Part shown: one piece after another, positions 47,097-57,068 of the stretch | How positions within the stretch are numbered: position 1 is the first letter of the stretch | Layout of the letters: every line of letters starts with the position of its first letter | Assembly (NCBI GenBank): GCA_041649675.1 | Contig: JBAZMQ010000001.1 | Span: 64,792 to 128,791, forward strand | DNA from: Patescibacteria group bacterium | GTDB lineage: Bacteria > Patescibacteriota > Patescibacteriia > Buchananbacterales > UBA6539 | DNA length: 64,000 bases | Direction: 5' to 3' | The notes under the pieces: model-generated | What the model saw: only the letters and a program-made list of their open reading frames with translations | Databases searched by the model: none | Told to the model about the DNA's origin: nothing | Position numbers and translations under genes: made by a program

Positions 47097-48771
47097 AACA
47101 ATAAAAGAAAACAGCTTAGCAATTTTGTTTTTCTTTATCGCTGCGGCTTTGATAATCTGGCAGCTGTTTTTACCCGGTTACGTTTTAACTTTGGATATGG
47201 TTTTTACGCCAAAAATAAAAATATTTTTGGCTAGTGGTGAGTTTTATAATAGCCTACCTTTTAAGTATTTGTTGGCCGCTGTCAATTATTTATTGCCCGG
47301 CTGGGTTATCCAAAAAATTGTTTTTCTTTCATTATTTTTTTCAATTGGCTATTTGGCTTATTATTATTTACCGCTGCCAAAAAAGAATTTTGCTCCGTAC
47401 TGGGCTGGCCTGTTTTTTTTGGCCAATCCTTTTGTCTATGAAAGATTTTTGGCCGGAAATTGGCTGTTACTTTTTGGTTATGCCGGCTTGCCATTTTTTA
47501 TCTATTATTTGCTGAAATTTTTTCAGCAGCCAAATTGGCCAAATAGTCTTGGGCTAGTTTTTAGCTTACTGCTAATTGGGCTTTTTTCTTTGCATCTGTT
47601 TACCATGGCAATCATTTTATTTTTTGGTTTGACAATTTATAAATTAATCAAAGCCGGGGTGGCTAAAAAAATTGATTTGGTCAAAAAAATATTTGTAAAA
47701 CTATTAATTGTTGGCATCTTAACTTTTTTGTTTAGTAGTTACTGGTTAGTACCATATTTTTTAAACGCCCAACAGTCAGTTATTAATAATTTTAATCAAG
47801 AACAATGGACAGTATTTAAAACGGCAACAAATTCCAGTTTAGGAACGACCTTAAATGTTTTGAGCCTTTACGGTTATTGGGGGGAAAACCAACCCTGGGC
47901 AAATTATTTTTTGTGGCCAAGGGCCAATTTTATTCCTTGGTTAATAATTGCAATCTTACTTTTTTGCCTGGTAGTTATCGGTTTTTGCCAAGGGCGAAAA
48001 AGTAAAAACAGGGAAGTCACTGTCATTTTTTTGGTTGTTGGTTTGATGGGTTTTATTTTTTCCTGTGGGCTTAGCGATACTATTTTTAAAAGTTTAAATT
48101 TATGGCTTTTTAAACATATCTGGTTTTGGCAAGGATTCCGTGATAGTCAAAAATGGACCGCTTTTTTAGTTTTAAGTTACGTATTTTTTGGCGCCCTGGG
48201 GGTTGATGCCATCTTAGATTTTGCAAAAAGAAAAATAAAACCAGCGGTAAAAATTATTTTGATTATATTGTTTACCATTCCGGTTTTATACACTTATACA
48301 ATTTGGGGCGGCTTTGGCCGGCAGCTACAGCCAGTTTGGTATCCCAATAGTTGGTCTGAGGTGAACAAAATTTTAAATCAGGATCGGGCCGGGGATTATC
48401 AGGTCTTGTTTTTACCCTGGCATCAATATTTATCTTTTAAATTTAATCAGTATTTAATCATTCAAAATCCGGCTAAAGATTATTTTGATCAACCAATAAT
48501 TCAAGGAGAAAATATGGAATTAGGCGGCGTTTGGGGTCAGGGCCAAAATTTATTAGTTCAAAAAATTGAAGACATTTTAAGGCAAAGCAGTGATGAATCT
48601 CAGCCGGAAACACTAAGAAAGCTGGCTTTGGAGGGGGTAAAGTACATTATTGTAAGCCATGACTTAGAAGGAATGAAACAGGCCATTAATTTTATTCCTG
48701 TTGAGTCAGCTGAACTAAGGCAAGTTTTTGATGCTGAGGACTTGACTTTGTATCAAATTATGTTAAGATAA
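47089..48771 (+). CDS. Polytopic membrane protein, probable GT-C glycosyltransferase (AftD/DUF3367-like)
   Basis: GY.L.LDMVF.P, NPFVYER..AG, L.L.G.W, GFRD.QKW, LFLPW. Confidence 0.7.
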   Translation: MIKTIKENSLAILFFFIAAALIIWQLFLPGYVLTLDMVFTPKIKIFLASGEFYNSLPFKYLLAAVNYLLPGWVIQKIVFLSLFFSIGYLAYYYLPLPKKNFAPYWAGLFFLANPFVYERFLAGNWLLLFGYAGLPFFIYYLLKFFQQPNWPNSLGLVFSLLLIGLFSLHLFTMAIILFFGLTIYKLIKAGVAKKIDLVKKIFVKLLIVGILTFLFSSYWLVPYFLNAQQSVINNFNQEQWTVFKTATNSSLGTTLNVLSLYGYWGENQPWANYFLWPRANFIPWLIIAILLFCLVVIGFCQGRKSKNREVTVIFLVVGLMGFIFSCGLSDTIFKSLNLWLFKHIWFWQGFRDSQKWTAFLVLSYVFFGALGVDAILDFAKRKIKPAVKIILIILFTIPVLYTYTIWGGFGRQLQPVWYPNSWSEVNKILNQDRAGDYQVLFLPWHQYLSFKFNQYLIIQNPAKDYFDQPIIQGENMELGGVWGQGQNLLVQKIEDILRQSSDESQPETLRKLALEGVKYIIVSHDLEGMKQAINFIPVESAELRQVFDAEDLTLYQIMLR

Positions 48772-48846
48772 TAAACTAATTTAGACTATTAATAAATTGG
48801 CTTGAATTCCTAAGAAATGAGCTAAATCATTGATTTCTTTATCTTT

Positions 48847-50643
48847 ATGTTTAAAATTATTAAAAAAGCAAAAACTAATATTATTTTGAGTATCTGTGCT
48901 ATCGTCTGTATTGTTTATCTTTCAGGCCATTTAGGCTTAGGGCAATTTTTACGCAATCACTTAGCTTTTGGCTATGGTGGTGGCGGCGGGGCTGTGATTC
49001 TGCCAGAGATTGTTGCTATCAACAAACCTCTATATATTCCAACCGAATTTCGTGGTGGCAGGCAGTTTAGACAGCTTGATGGCGTGTCGGTTACCCTGGA
49101 AGTTCCACCATTAGTGACTTCTGGCTATACCATGTTTGATACCGAAATTACTTCAGTTAACTCCAGTAACAGGCCTTGTGTTGAAGGAAACTTTGTGTTG
49201 GCCGATAAAGTATTTACCATTATTGCTAATGATGTTGACGGACACGAGGTCACCAGTTTTCCTCGCGGCTTAACTGTTTCTCTAACTCTGGCTAATTTAC
49301 CAGCCGATACGTCTAACGTTGGTATCTATTATTTGAATAATAACAGCCAGTGGGTTTTAGGCCAAAAAGCCATTTTTGATAATGTTAACAATCGGACATC
49401 ATTTCAAATTAAAGACTTGGGCGTGATTGCCTTAATCAATGCCCCGGGCTTACCCCGGGTAATTGAAGCCGGTAGTCAATGTTCAGTTAGGCCTCAAGTT
49501 TTGGGTATTAAGCAATATTCTGAAGGCACGCCGCTAAGAACTTGTGACGGTGAAACCTATATAGTTTCAGGGACAAAAATTATTAAGCAAGTAAAAAAAC
49601 CGCCTTTAACGGCAAAAACCTTTGAAGGCAAAACAATTTATGATGTTGACTTTTCCGTGATTGTTGAGCTCAGCGGCCAAAGGTATGATGGCAAAAATTA
49701 TAAGAATGGCGATCTTTTAAGGACTTGCGATTGGAAAATTTACCGAGTGGAAAATCAAAAATTACGTCATATTGGCACCTGGCAAGAATTACATGAAAAA
49801 TATGAAGGTCAAAAAATTAATAACGTTGACTATTGGGTAATTGCCGATTATCAACAATTACCGGTTTTAAGTCCTAGTCAGCAAGTTTTGGGGGTTAAAC
49901 AGTATGCTGACGGTTCGTTGATTAGGACCAGTGACGGCCGAATTTATATTATTGAAAATCAATCAGCCAGATACATTAGCAGTCTTGATGAGCTTAAAAA
50001 GTATGCAAATCAAAAAATTTATAATGTTACAAGTGATGTTGTAATCCAATACAACCAGCCGAATGTTGAATATAATTCAAATAAGGTATTGGGAGTTAAA
50101 TTTTATGCTGATGGTACATACTTAAGAACTCGGGACTGGAAGGTGTACGTAGTGGAAAATCAAAAAGCCCGGCAAGTGGCCACCATGATTGCTGGTTCTC
50201 AGGATTACTATTTGGGCCAAAAAATCTATGATGTTGATTATGGCGTTATTGCTCAATATACAACTCAGCAATCTTCAGTCGCTACTCAACAGGTCTTGGG
50301 GGCAAAAAGTTATGCCAACGGTACACTTTTGAGAACTGCCGACGGTAAAGTTTACATCGTGGATAATCAAAAAATTAGACCGGCTGATCAAGCTGATTTA
50401 CAAAATCGGGGTAACAGCAAATTATATGATGTCAATTACGATACGATTACTAATTATGGTGGACAGTCAGTTTTAGGGGTTAAGCTTTATGCCGATGGCA
50501 CTTATCTTAAAACCCCAGATTGGCGCTTATATGTAATTGAAAACCAAAAGGCAAGATATATTGATACGATTGCTGCCAGTCAAATATCATATAATGGCCA
50601 ACCGGTGTATAACGTTGATTACGGAGTTTTGACACAGTATTAA
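48847..50643 (+). CDS. Secreted surface protein with tandem VLG.K.YADG.L.RT.D..VY..E repeats
   Basis: Signal peptide, GGGGG linker, six repeats of about 55-70 aa. Confidence 0.8.
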   Translation: MFKIIKKAKTNIILSICAIVCIVYLSGHLGLGQFLRNHLAFGYGGGGGAVILPEIVAINKPLYIPTEFRGGRQFRQLDGVSVTLEVPPLVTSGYTMFDTEITSVNSSNRPCVEGNFVLADKVFTIIANDVDGHEVTSFPRGLTVSLTLANLPADTSNVGIYYLNNNSQWVLGQKAIFDNVNNRTSFQIKDLGVIALINAPGLPRVIEAGSQCSVRPQVLGIKQYSEGTPLRTCDGETYIVSGTKIIKQVKKPPLTAKTFEGKTIYDVDFSVIVELSGQRYDGKNYKNGDLLRTCDWKIYRVENQKLRHIGTWQELHEKYEGQKINNVDYWVIADYQQLPVLSPSQQVLGVKQYADGSLIRTSDGRIYIIENQSARYISSLDELKKYANQKIYNVTSDVVIQYNQPNVEYNSNKVLGVKFYADGTYLRTRDWKVYVVENQKARQVATMIAGSQDYYLGQKIYDVDYGVIAQYTTQQSSVATQQVLGAKSYANGTLLRTADGKVYIVDNQKIRPADQADLQNRGNSKLYDVNYDTITNYGGQSVLGVKLYADGTYLKTPDWRLYVIENQKARYIDTIAASQISYNGQPVYNVDYGVLTQY

Positions 50644-50656
50644 ACTTTTAGATAGT

Positions 50657-50692
50657 AAAATGACGTCACTCTAACCGGTGACGTCATTTTTT
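50657..50692 (+). terminator. Intrinsic terminator
   Basis: AAAATGACGTCAC/GTGACGTCATTTT. Confidence 0.8.
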
Positions 50693-50761
50693 GTTTTTAA
50701 CATTGAATTTTTTATAGAAAAATGCTATAATTAAGTTATAACTATTAAAAATGTTTTTGTT

Positions 50762-52465
50762 ATGAAAAAAGTTATAAAATCAAAGATATTCTGGGCAATA
50801 ATTATTATTTTGCTCGTTGTTGGCGGCTTGGCTTTCCAATTCTTAGGCAAAGGTAAAGAGGTTAAATATGACACGCAATTGGTTAAATTAGGTGATGTAG
50901 CTCAAACGGTTACGGCCACCGGCCAAGTCAAATCAGCTTCAGAAATTGAATTAAATTTCAAAAATTCCGGGCAAATTAGCGCCATTAACGTTAAAGTTGG
51001 CGATGCCGTAAAAGCCGGGCAAATTTTAGCTACTCAAAAAGCTGCCGCCTTGCAAATTAATATCACTAAATATAGCAATGAATTGGCTCGGGCCAAGGCA
51101 AATTTAGCTAAAGTAAAGACCGGTGCTACTAAAGAAGATATTGCCGTTTATCAGGCCGCCCTTGAACGTAGCCAAGCTGATTTAGCTAGCGCTCAAACCA
51201 ATTTGGAAAATACCAAATCCACTTATCAACAAGCTTTAGATAACGGCAAGCAAAATATAATTATTGATGTCAGTAATTCAATCAGCAAGGCTAATATCTC
51301 TCTGCAGCGAATTAATGACACTTTAAATTACAAGGGTAGTTCTAGTAATTTAATCACTTACAATTCTACTTTGCGCGATCAAGTTAATAATGAATATACA
51401 ATTGCCACCAGCCGGGTTGGTCAAGCTCTGACGGCTTATAATGCCATTGGTACTAGTAATGATGATGCTAAAATTGATTCAGCCGTTGACCTTATTTTAG
51501 CTACTTTGATTCAAGTAGATGCCGCGGTAAATGATCTTGGGCAATTACTAAATTATGCTGTTGTTAATTCAACTTTAACTCAAGCTGAATTGGATGCTTT
51601 AAAAACCGCGGTGAATACTGACAGGGCAACGGCTGATAGTAATGTTAGCGCCATGCAGGACTCAAAACATGATTTGGAAGTCGCGAGACTAAATTATCAA
51701 ACTGAAGTGGCTGATGCCCAGGATGCGGTTAGAACAGCGGAAAAAAATTTGGCCAAAGCCGAAGCTGATTTGCAATTCAAAACTGCACCAGCTAGGCCCG
51801 AAGATATTACATTATATGAAGCCGCTGCGAGAAATGCCCAAGCCGATTTAGAGTTAGCAATTGATAATTACAATGATACTATTATTAAAGCGCCAATTGA
51901 TGGCGTAATTACCGAGGTTAATTACGAAGTTGGCGAGCAGGCCGGGTTCAGTCAAACTGTTTCCGGAAATGCAGTAATCAAAATGTTGGCTAATCAAAAT
52001 TATGAAATTGAAGTTAATATTCCCGAATCTGATATTGCTAAATTAAATTTAGGTGATAGTGTTGATATTACCCTGGATGCTTTTTCCCAAGATGATATCT
52101 TTGCTGGCAATGTGACGGTAATCGAACCAGCCCAAACCAAGATTCAAGATGTAGTCTATTATAAAGTTACAGTTATATTTTCTGGTGAGCAAGCAGAGAA
52201 TGTTAAAAGTTTGATGGCCAAAATTAAGCCAGGAATGACGGCAAATGTTACTATTAAAACGGCTAAGGTTTCTAATGTTTTAGTTATTCCTTTGCGGGCG
52301 GTAAAGGAACAAGATGGTAAAAAAACAGTCCAGATTTTAGAAAATAGTTTACCAAAAACAGTTGAAGTCCAATTGGGCTTAAAAGGTGATGAAGGGCTAG
52401 TTGAGGTTAAAACCGGTTTAGTCCAAGGACAAAGTGTAATTACCTATACGCCCGGAGCTAAATAA
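50762..52465 (+). CDS. Efflux periplasmic adaptor (HlyD/MacA family) with long coiled coil
   Basis: N-terminal TM, VKVGD.VK.GQ.LA, IKAPIDG.I, PE.DI, KPGMTA, IP..AV. Confidence 0.9.
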   Translation: MKKVIKSKIFWAIIIILLVVGGLAFQFLGKGKEVKYDTQLVKLGDVAQTVTATGQVKSASEIELNFKNSGQISAINVKVGDAVKAGQILATQKAAALQINITKYSNELARAKANLAKVKTGATKEDIAVYQAALERSQADLASAQTNLENTKSTYQQALDNGKQNIIIDVSNSISKANISLQRINDTLNYKGSSSNLITYNSTLRDQVNNEYTIATSRVGQALTAYNAIGTSNDDAKIDSAVDLILATLIQVDAAVNDLGQLLNYAVVNSTLTQAELDALKTAVNTDRATADSNVSAMQDSKHDLEVARLNYQTEVADAQDAVRTAEKNLAKAEADLQFKTAPARPEDITLYEAAARNAQADLELAIDNYNDTIIKAPIDGVITEVNYEVGEQAGFSQTVSGNAVIKMLANQNYEIEVNIPESDIAKLNLGDSVDITLDAFSQDDIFAGNVTVIEPAQTKIQDVVYYKVTVIFSGEQAENVKSLMAKIKPGMTANVTIKTAKVSNVLVIPLRAVKEQDGKKTVQILENSLPKTVEVQLGLKGDEGLVEVKTGLVQGQSVITYTPGAK

Positions 52466-52470
52466 GGTTT

Positions 52471-53574
52471 ATGCCATTTAAAAAGTACTTCTTCGGCTTA
52501 AAGAATTTTGATTGGCTGTTATTTGGTTCGGTTTTGTTATTAATCTGTTTTGGCTTGGCGGCAATATATAGTATTGCCATTAGTTCAGATAAACCCGATT
52601 TTGTTAATTTTAATAAGCAAGTAACCTTTGCCATCTTAGGCTTATTTATTTTATTTTTTCTTAGTTTTTTAAACTATCGGTTGTGGCAAGACTTTAGTTA
52701 TTTAGCTTATACTTTTACGGCAATTTTATTAGTGGCCGTAGTTTTTTTTGGTAAAACTATCAGAGGCACTACCGGCTGGTTTTCTGTTTTAGGTTTTAAT
52801 TTTCAGCCAGTTGAATTGGCAAAAGTTGCCTTGATTATGTTTCTGGCCTGGTTTTTGTCACAGAAAGGAGAATCAATCAAAGAGCTAAAGAATTTTTTTA
52901 TCGCCGGTGGGATTGCCGGTTTTTATTGTCTCTTAGTTTTAATGCAACCGGATTTTGGTTCAGCCGTAATTCTGTTTTTAATTTGGTTATTAATGATGAT
53001 TTTTGCCCAAGCGGACAAAAAACATTTGGTGGCCTTATTCATTTTGTTAATTTTAGCCGGTGTGATGGCCTGGTTTTTCTTTTTGCAACCTTATCAAAAA
53101 GATAGAATTTTAACTTTTTTAAGTCCTCAAGCCGATCCTTACGGTCGGGGTTATCATGTTAGACAAGCTATGACTGCCGTTGGCGCCGGTGGCTTATTAG
53201 GTCAGGGTTTAGGCTTTGGCTCTCAAAGCCAGTTGAAATTTTTGCCGGCCAGCCAAACCGATTTTATTTTTGCCGTTATTGCCGAAGAACTTGGATTTTT
53301 TGGGGTTGGTTTAGTTTTCTTTTTTTGGTCAATAATTTTATATCGTTTAGTTAAAGCGGCAAAATCGGTTAAAGACAGCTTTGCTTTATTTTTTATTTTG
53401 GGTGTTTCGGCAATGTTTTTTTGCCAAATCATTATCAATATTGGTATGAATATTGGTATCGTTCCGGTAACTGGTATTTCTTTGCCGTTTTTAAGTTACG
53501 GCGGCAGTTTTTTAGTTTCTAGCCTAGCTTTAATTGGAATTGTTGAAAGTATGATAACAAAAAACCAAAATTAA
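52471..53574 (+). CDS. rodA: Rod shape-determining protein RodA (SEDS family)
   Basis: QP.ELAK, QPDFG, YQ..RI..F, FLP..QTDFIF, PVTGI.LPF.SYGGS. Confidence 0.92.
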   Translation: MPFKKYFFGLKNFDWLLFGSVLLLICFGLAAIYSIAISSDKPDFVNFNKQVTFAILGLFILFFLSFLNYRLWQDFSYLAYTFTAILLVAVVFFGKTIRGTTGWFSVLGFNFQPVELAKVALIMFLAWFLSQKGESIKELKNFFIAGGIAGFYCLLVLMQPDFGSAVILFLIWLLMMIFAQADKKHLVALFILLILAGVMAWFFFLQPYQKDRILTFLSPQADPYGRGYHVRQAMTAVGAGGLLGQGLGFGSQSQLKFLPASQTDFIFAVIAEELGFFGVGLVFFFWSIILYRLVKAAKSVKDSFALFFILGVSAMFFCQIIINIGMNIGIVPVTGISLPFLSYGGSFLVSSLALIGIVESMITKNQN

Positions 53575-53630
53575 TAATTGCAGCTAGATTTGACAAAAAA
53601 TGGATAATTAGCTATATTAGAGTATAACTT

Positions 53631-53966
53631 ATGGAGGAAAAAATCTTTAATTTATTTAATAATACACCGACTTTGATTACCCACTGTCCAGTTTGCAATG
53701 TGCGTTATAACCCTCTGGAAGCTAAAGTTTTGGAAGAAGGGGATAATGCTCATTTGATTTATATCAAGTGTAAGGTTTGTCGGGCAGCGATTTTGGCCTT
53801 AATTATTACCAATAGTTTGGGTGTTAGTTCGCTAGGCTTGATTACGGATTTAGATACTGATGATGTTTTGAAATTCAGATCAGCTAAACCAATCAGTTGT
53901 GATGATGTAATTGAAATTCATCAACTTCTCAGTAAACAAAAAGTATTAATTGATTGTTTTGAATAA
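53631..53966 (+). CDS. Hypothetical Zn-ribbon protein
   Basis: CPVC...CKVC; TDL..DD. Confidence 0.75.
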   Translation: MEEKIFNLFNNTPTLITHCPVCNVRYNPLEAKVLEEGDNAHLIYIKCKVCRAAILALIITNSLGVSSLGLITDLDTDDVLKFRSAKPISCDDVIEIHQLLSKQKVLIDCFE

Positions 53967-53990
53967 ATTTAATAATTAAATAAATCTAAA

Positions 53991-54644
53991 ATGACTTTAA
54001 CTTTAAATGTAAAAACCAGAGTTCAAAAAGCTAAAGCGGTTGCCCAGCTAAGAAAAGCGGATAAAATTCCGGCGGTTTTATATGGTCACAAAATTAAACC
54101 TTTGAATTTATCTATTGCTTACTCTGATTTTGAAAAACTCTACCGCCAGGCTGGTGAAAGTACTTTGGTTGATTTGATTGTTGATGACGGTAAACCGGTC
54201 AAAGTTTTAATTCAAGATTATCAGCTTGAACCAAAAACTAATCGTTTTATTCATGTTGACTTTCACCAAGTGAGAATGGACGAAAAAATTCACACTGAAA
54301 TTGGACTTAAATTTATAGGTGAAGCCCCGGTGATTAAAGAAAAAGGCGGAATGATGGTAACTAATATTCATGCCGTTGAAGTCACTTGTTTGCCCCAAGA
54401 TTTAGTTCATGAAATTGAAGTTAATATTTCGGGCTTAAAAACTTTTGACGACGCAATTCATGTGGCCGATATTATTGTGCCAAAAGGCATAACCATTCTT
54501 AATGTCCCAAATGACGTTGTAGTCTTGATCCAAGCCCCGAGAACCGAAAAAGAATTGGCCGACTTGGAATCTAAACCGGAAGTTAAGGCCCCGATTGAAA
54601 CCGAAGCCGTTGCCGAGGGTGGTGAATCAGAAAAGTCGGAATAA
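53991..54644 (+). CDS. rplY: 50S ribosomal protein L25/Ctc
   Basis: LR....IPAVLYG, HVDF.QV, G.AP..K..GG, CLP.DL. Confidence 0.95.
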   Translation: MTLTLNVKTRVQKAKAVAQLRKADKIPAVLYGHKIKPLNLSIAYSDFEKLYRQAGESTLVDLIVDDGKPVKVLIQDYQLEPKTNRFIHVDFHQVRMDEKIHTEIGLKFIGEAPVIKEKGGMMVTNIHAVEVTCLPQDLVHEIEVNISGLKTFDDAIHVADIIVPKGITILNVPNDVVVLIQAPRTEKELADLESKPEVKAPIETEAVAEGGESEKSE

Positions 54645-54667
54645 GCTAAGAAATTTTTGTCACTATT

Positions 54668-54692
54668 AGACCCCGATTTAACCGGGGTCTTT
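54668..54692 (+). terminator. Intrinsic terminator after rplY
   Basis: AGACCCCG/CGGGGTCT + T residues. Confidence 0.7.
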
Positions 54693-54790
54693 ATATTTAT
54701 TAAGTATTAGTCAAGGGGCAAATTTAAAGCCATTTTTTTGGCCCAGATCATCTTGCCTAAACGGTAAAAATGAGTTAATATTTAGTTACT

Positions 54791-56407
54791 ATGTCCTTAA
54801 CTTTATATCGAAAATATCGGCCCCAAAGCTTTAAAGAAGTGGTTGGCCAAAATCACATCAAAACTACTATCCAAAGCGAGTTGGAAACCGGCAATATTGC
54901 CCATGCTTACTTATTTTCCGGACCCCGGGGTTTAGGTAAAACCACAACGGCCCGGCTTTTGGCTAAAGCGGTAAATTGTTTAAAGCGAAAAGAGGGAACC
55001 AGCGAACCTTGTAATGCCTGTGATTCTTGCAATGAATTAATTGAAGGTCGGTCTTTGGATATCATTGAAATTGATGCTGCTTCCAACACTGGCGTTGATA
55101 ATGTCAGAGAAAATATTGTCAATAATTCCCGCTTTACGCCAACTAGCCGCAAATACAAAGTATTCATTATTGATGAGGTTCACATGCTTTCAATTTCGGC
55201 TTTTAATGCTTTGCTTAAAACGCTAGAAGAACCGCCGGCTCATGCCATTTTTATTTTAGCCACCACCGAAATCCATAAAGTCCCGCAAACAATAATTTCG
55301 CGCTGCCAGCATTTTGATTTTCGTAAAGTTTCTCAGCAGGAAATTGTCGGTCGCTTGGGTTTTATTGTTGGCCAGGAAGGCCGGATTGTTGACAAGTCAA
55401 TTTTGGAAAACGTCGCTTACTATTCCGAAGGTTGCATTCGTGATGCTGAAAGTCTTTTGGGACAATTGTTATCTTTAAGTGATAAAGAAATTACCGTAGA
55501 GCAAGCAGAATTAGTTTTACCACGCTCTCATTTTGGTTTAGTTTTAGAACTGATTGAAAATTTAAATAAAAAAGACGTAACCGCTTGTCTGACTTTGATT
55601 AATCATTTGGTTTCTGAGGGAATTGATTTGGAAAGATTTGCCGCTGATTTAATTGAAGTTTTAAGAAAAATTCTTTTGATTAAAGTCAGCAGCCAGCTTG
55701 GCCAATTTAGCAGTGGTTTAAGCAAAGATTTGGAAAAAAGAGTAACTGAGCTTTCCGGCCAAATTTCTTTAGAACTTTTGATTAAAACGATTGAAATAAT
55801 GTTGGCCAAGAAACAAGAGTTAAAGTATTCGGATATTTCCCAGCTGCCGTTAGAATTGGCAGTTTTAGAAATTATAAAAAACCAGCCAGAAATCAAAAAG
55901 GATGACAATAATGATTTAGGCGGGTGGGGGAATCAAAGTCAAACCGGTGAAACTAAAGAAAAGCCAAAAGAAACAAGCCGACCGATTTTAGCTGACAAAA
56001 CTGATAAAGCCCAAGAAACCAAGCCAAAAAAAAATTTGGCCAAGGTAAAAATTACAATTGAGCAGATTCAGGATAAATGGCAAGATATTTTGGTTTGTTT
56101 AAAGAAATATAATCAAAGTCTGGCTTCAACTTTAAAAATTTCTCAGCCTTCAACGGTTGGCGAAGACGGAGTATTGGAAATTTGTTTTAGGCACAAATTT
56201 CACCAGCAACGGATTAATGATTTAAAAAATAAGCAAATTTTAGAAAAAGTTTTAGCCGAAGTTTTGGGTCAGGATTTAATCATTAAGACAATAGTGGTTA
56301 AAGATTTGCCTAATCAGCAACGAGAAATCCAAACTTTAGGGCAACCAGAAGTTGATAATTCTTTGGATGATATTTTGAGTAATTTCGGCGGGCAGGTAGT
56401 TGATTAA
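54791..56407 (+). CDS. dnaX: DNA polymerase III subunit gamma/tau
   Basis: LYRKYRP, GPRGLGKTT, Zn motif, EIDAAS, DEVHML, NALLKTLEEPP, SRC. Confidence 0.97.
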   Translation: MSLTLYRKYRPQSFKEVVGQNHIKTTIQSELETGNIAHAYLFSGPRGLGKTTTARLLAKAVNCLKRKEGTSEPCNACDSCNELIEGRSLDIIEIDAASNTGVDNVRENIVNNSRFTPTSRKYKVFIIDEVHMLSISAFNALLKTLEEPPAHAIFILATTEIHKVPQTIISRCQHFDFRKVSQQEIVGRLGFIVGQEGRIVDKSILENVAYYSEGCIRDAESLLGQLLSLSDKEITVEQAELVLPRSHFGLVLELIENLNKKDVTACLTLINHLVSEGIDLERFAADLIEVLRKILLIKVSSQLGQFSSGLSKDLEKRVTELSGQISLELLIKTIEIMLAKKQELKYSDISQLPLELAVLEIIKNQPEIKKDDNNDLGGWGNQSQTGETKEKPKETSRPILADKTDKAQETKPKKNLAKVKITIEQIQDKWQDILVCLKKYNQSLASTLKISQPSTVGEDGVLEICFRHKFHQQRINDLKNKQILEKVLAEVLGQDLIIKTIVVKDLPNQQREIQTLGQPEVDNSLDDILSNFGGQVVD

Positions 56408-56446
56408 ATTTTAGATTTTATTCGGCCTCAGAGCTCGGGGATCGCC

Positions 56447-56489
56447 CGCCTACGCCTGCGGCTTCGGCGGGCAGGTCTAACTTGACCTG
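56447..56489. repeat. Short GC-rich REP-like palindrome (CCCGCCTACGC...GCTTCGGCGGGCAGG)
   Basis: Hairpin CCCGCC/GGCGGG overlapping GCAGGTC/GACCTGC. Confidence 0.55.
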
Positions 56490-56547
56490 CTGTAGATTGG
56501 AAGGGTGGGGAAGTGTTTAAAAAATTTATATCTCTTGTGTCCACTTC

Positions 56548-56618
56548 TCGGGGATCGTCTAATGGTAGGACGCCAGATTCTGGCTCTGGTAATCGGGGTT
56601 CGATTCCCTGTCCCCGAG
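56548..56618 (+). tRNA. tRNA-Gln (anticodon CTG), CCA not encoded
   Basis: Acceptor TCGGGGA/TCCCCGA, anticodon arm CCAGA-TTCTGGC-TCTGG, T-loop TTCGATT. Confidence 0.95.
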
Positions 56619-56654
56619 AAGTGGATATAAAGTAATTAGATAATTTAAAATTAT

Positions 56655-57068
56655 ATGGCAAAAGAAACGCTTGAGCAAAAAACTTGGCATCAAAGGCATA
56701 CCGAATCATTAACTTTTGGCCAGAAAATTGCCGATGGACTGGCTCAGCTGATGGGTTCATGGAAGTTCATTATTGCTCAATCAGTATTGATTGTCATTTG
56801 GATAGCTTTTAATATTGTTGCTTTTATTTATCATTGGGATCCGTATCCGTTTATTCTGCTAAACTTATTATTTTCTACCCAGGCAGCTTATGCCGCGCCA
56901 ATTATTATGATGGCTCAAAACCGGCAAAATGAGCGTGATCGGTTTCAAGCAACTGAAGACTATCATACTAACGTTAAGGCTAAAACAGAAATTGAAGAAC
57001 TGCAAAAATCATTAACCAGAATTGAAATTGATAAGCTGGATAAAATTTTAAAAATTCTAGAAAAATAA
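56655..57068 (+). CDS. DUF1003 membrane protein
   Basis: GSWKFII, DPYPFILLNL.FS.QAAYAAPII.M.QNRQ. Confidence 0.92.
   Translation: MAKETLEQKTWHQRHTESLTFGQKIADGLAQLMGSWKFIIAQSVLIVIWIAFNIVAFIYHWDPYPFILLNLLFSTQAAYAAPIIMMAQNRQNERDRFQATEDYHTNVKAKTEIEELQKSLTRIEIDKLDKILKILEK

Noticed and set aside
56428-56760. 110-aa minus-strand ORF
   Set aside because: Antisense reading of tRNA-Gln, a palindromic repeat and the DUF1003 start.
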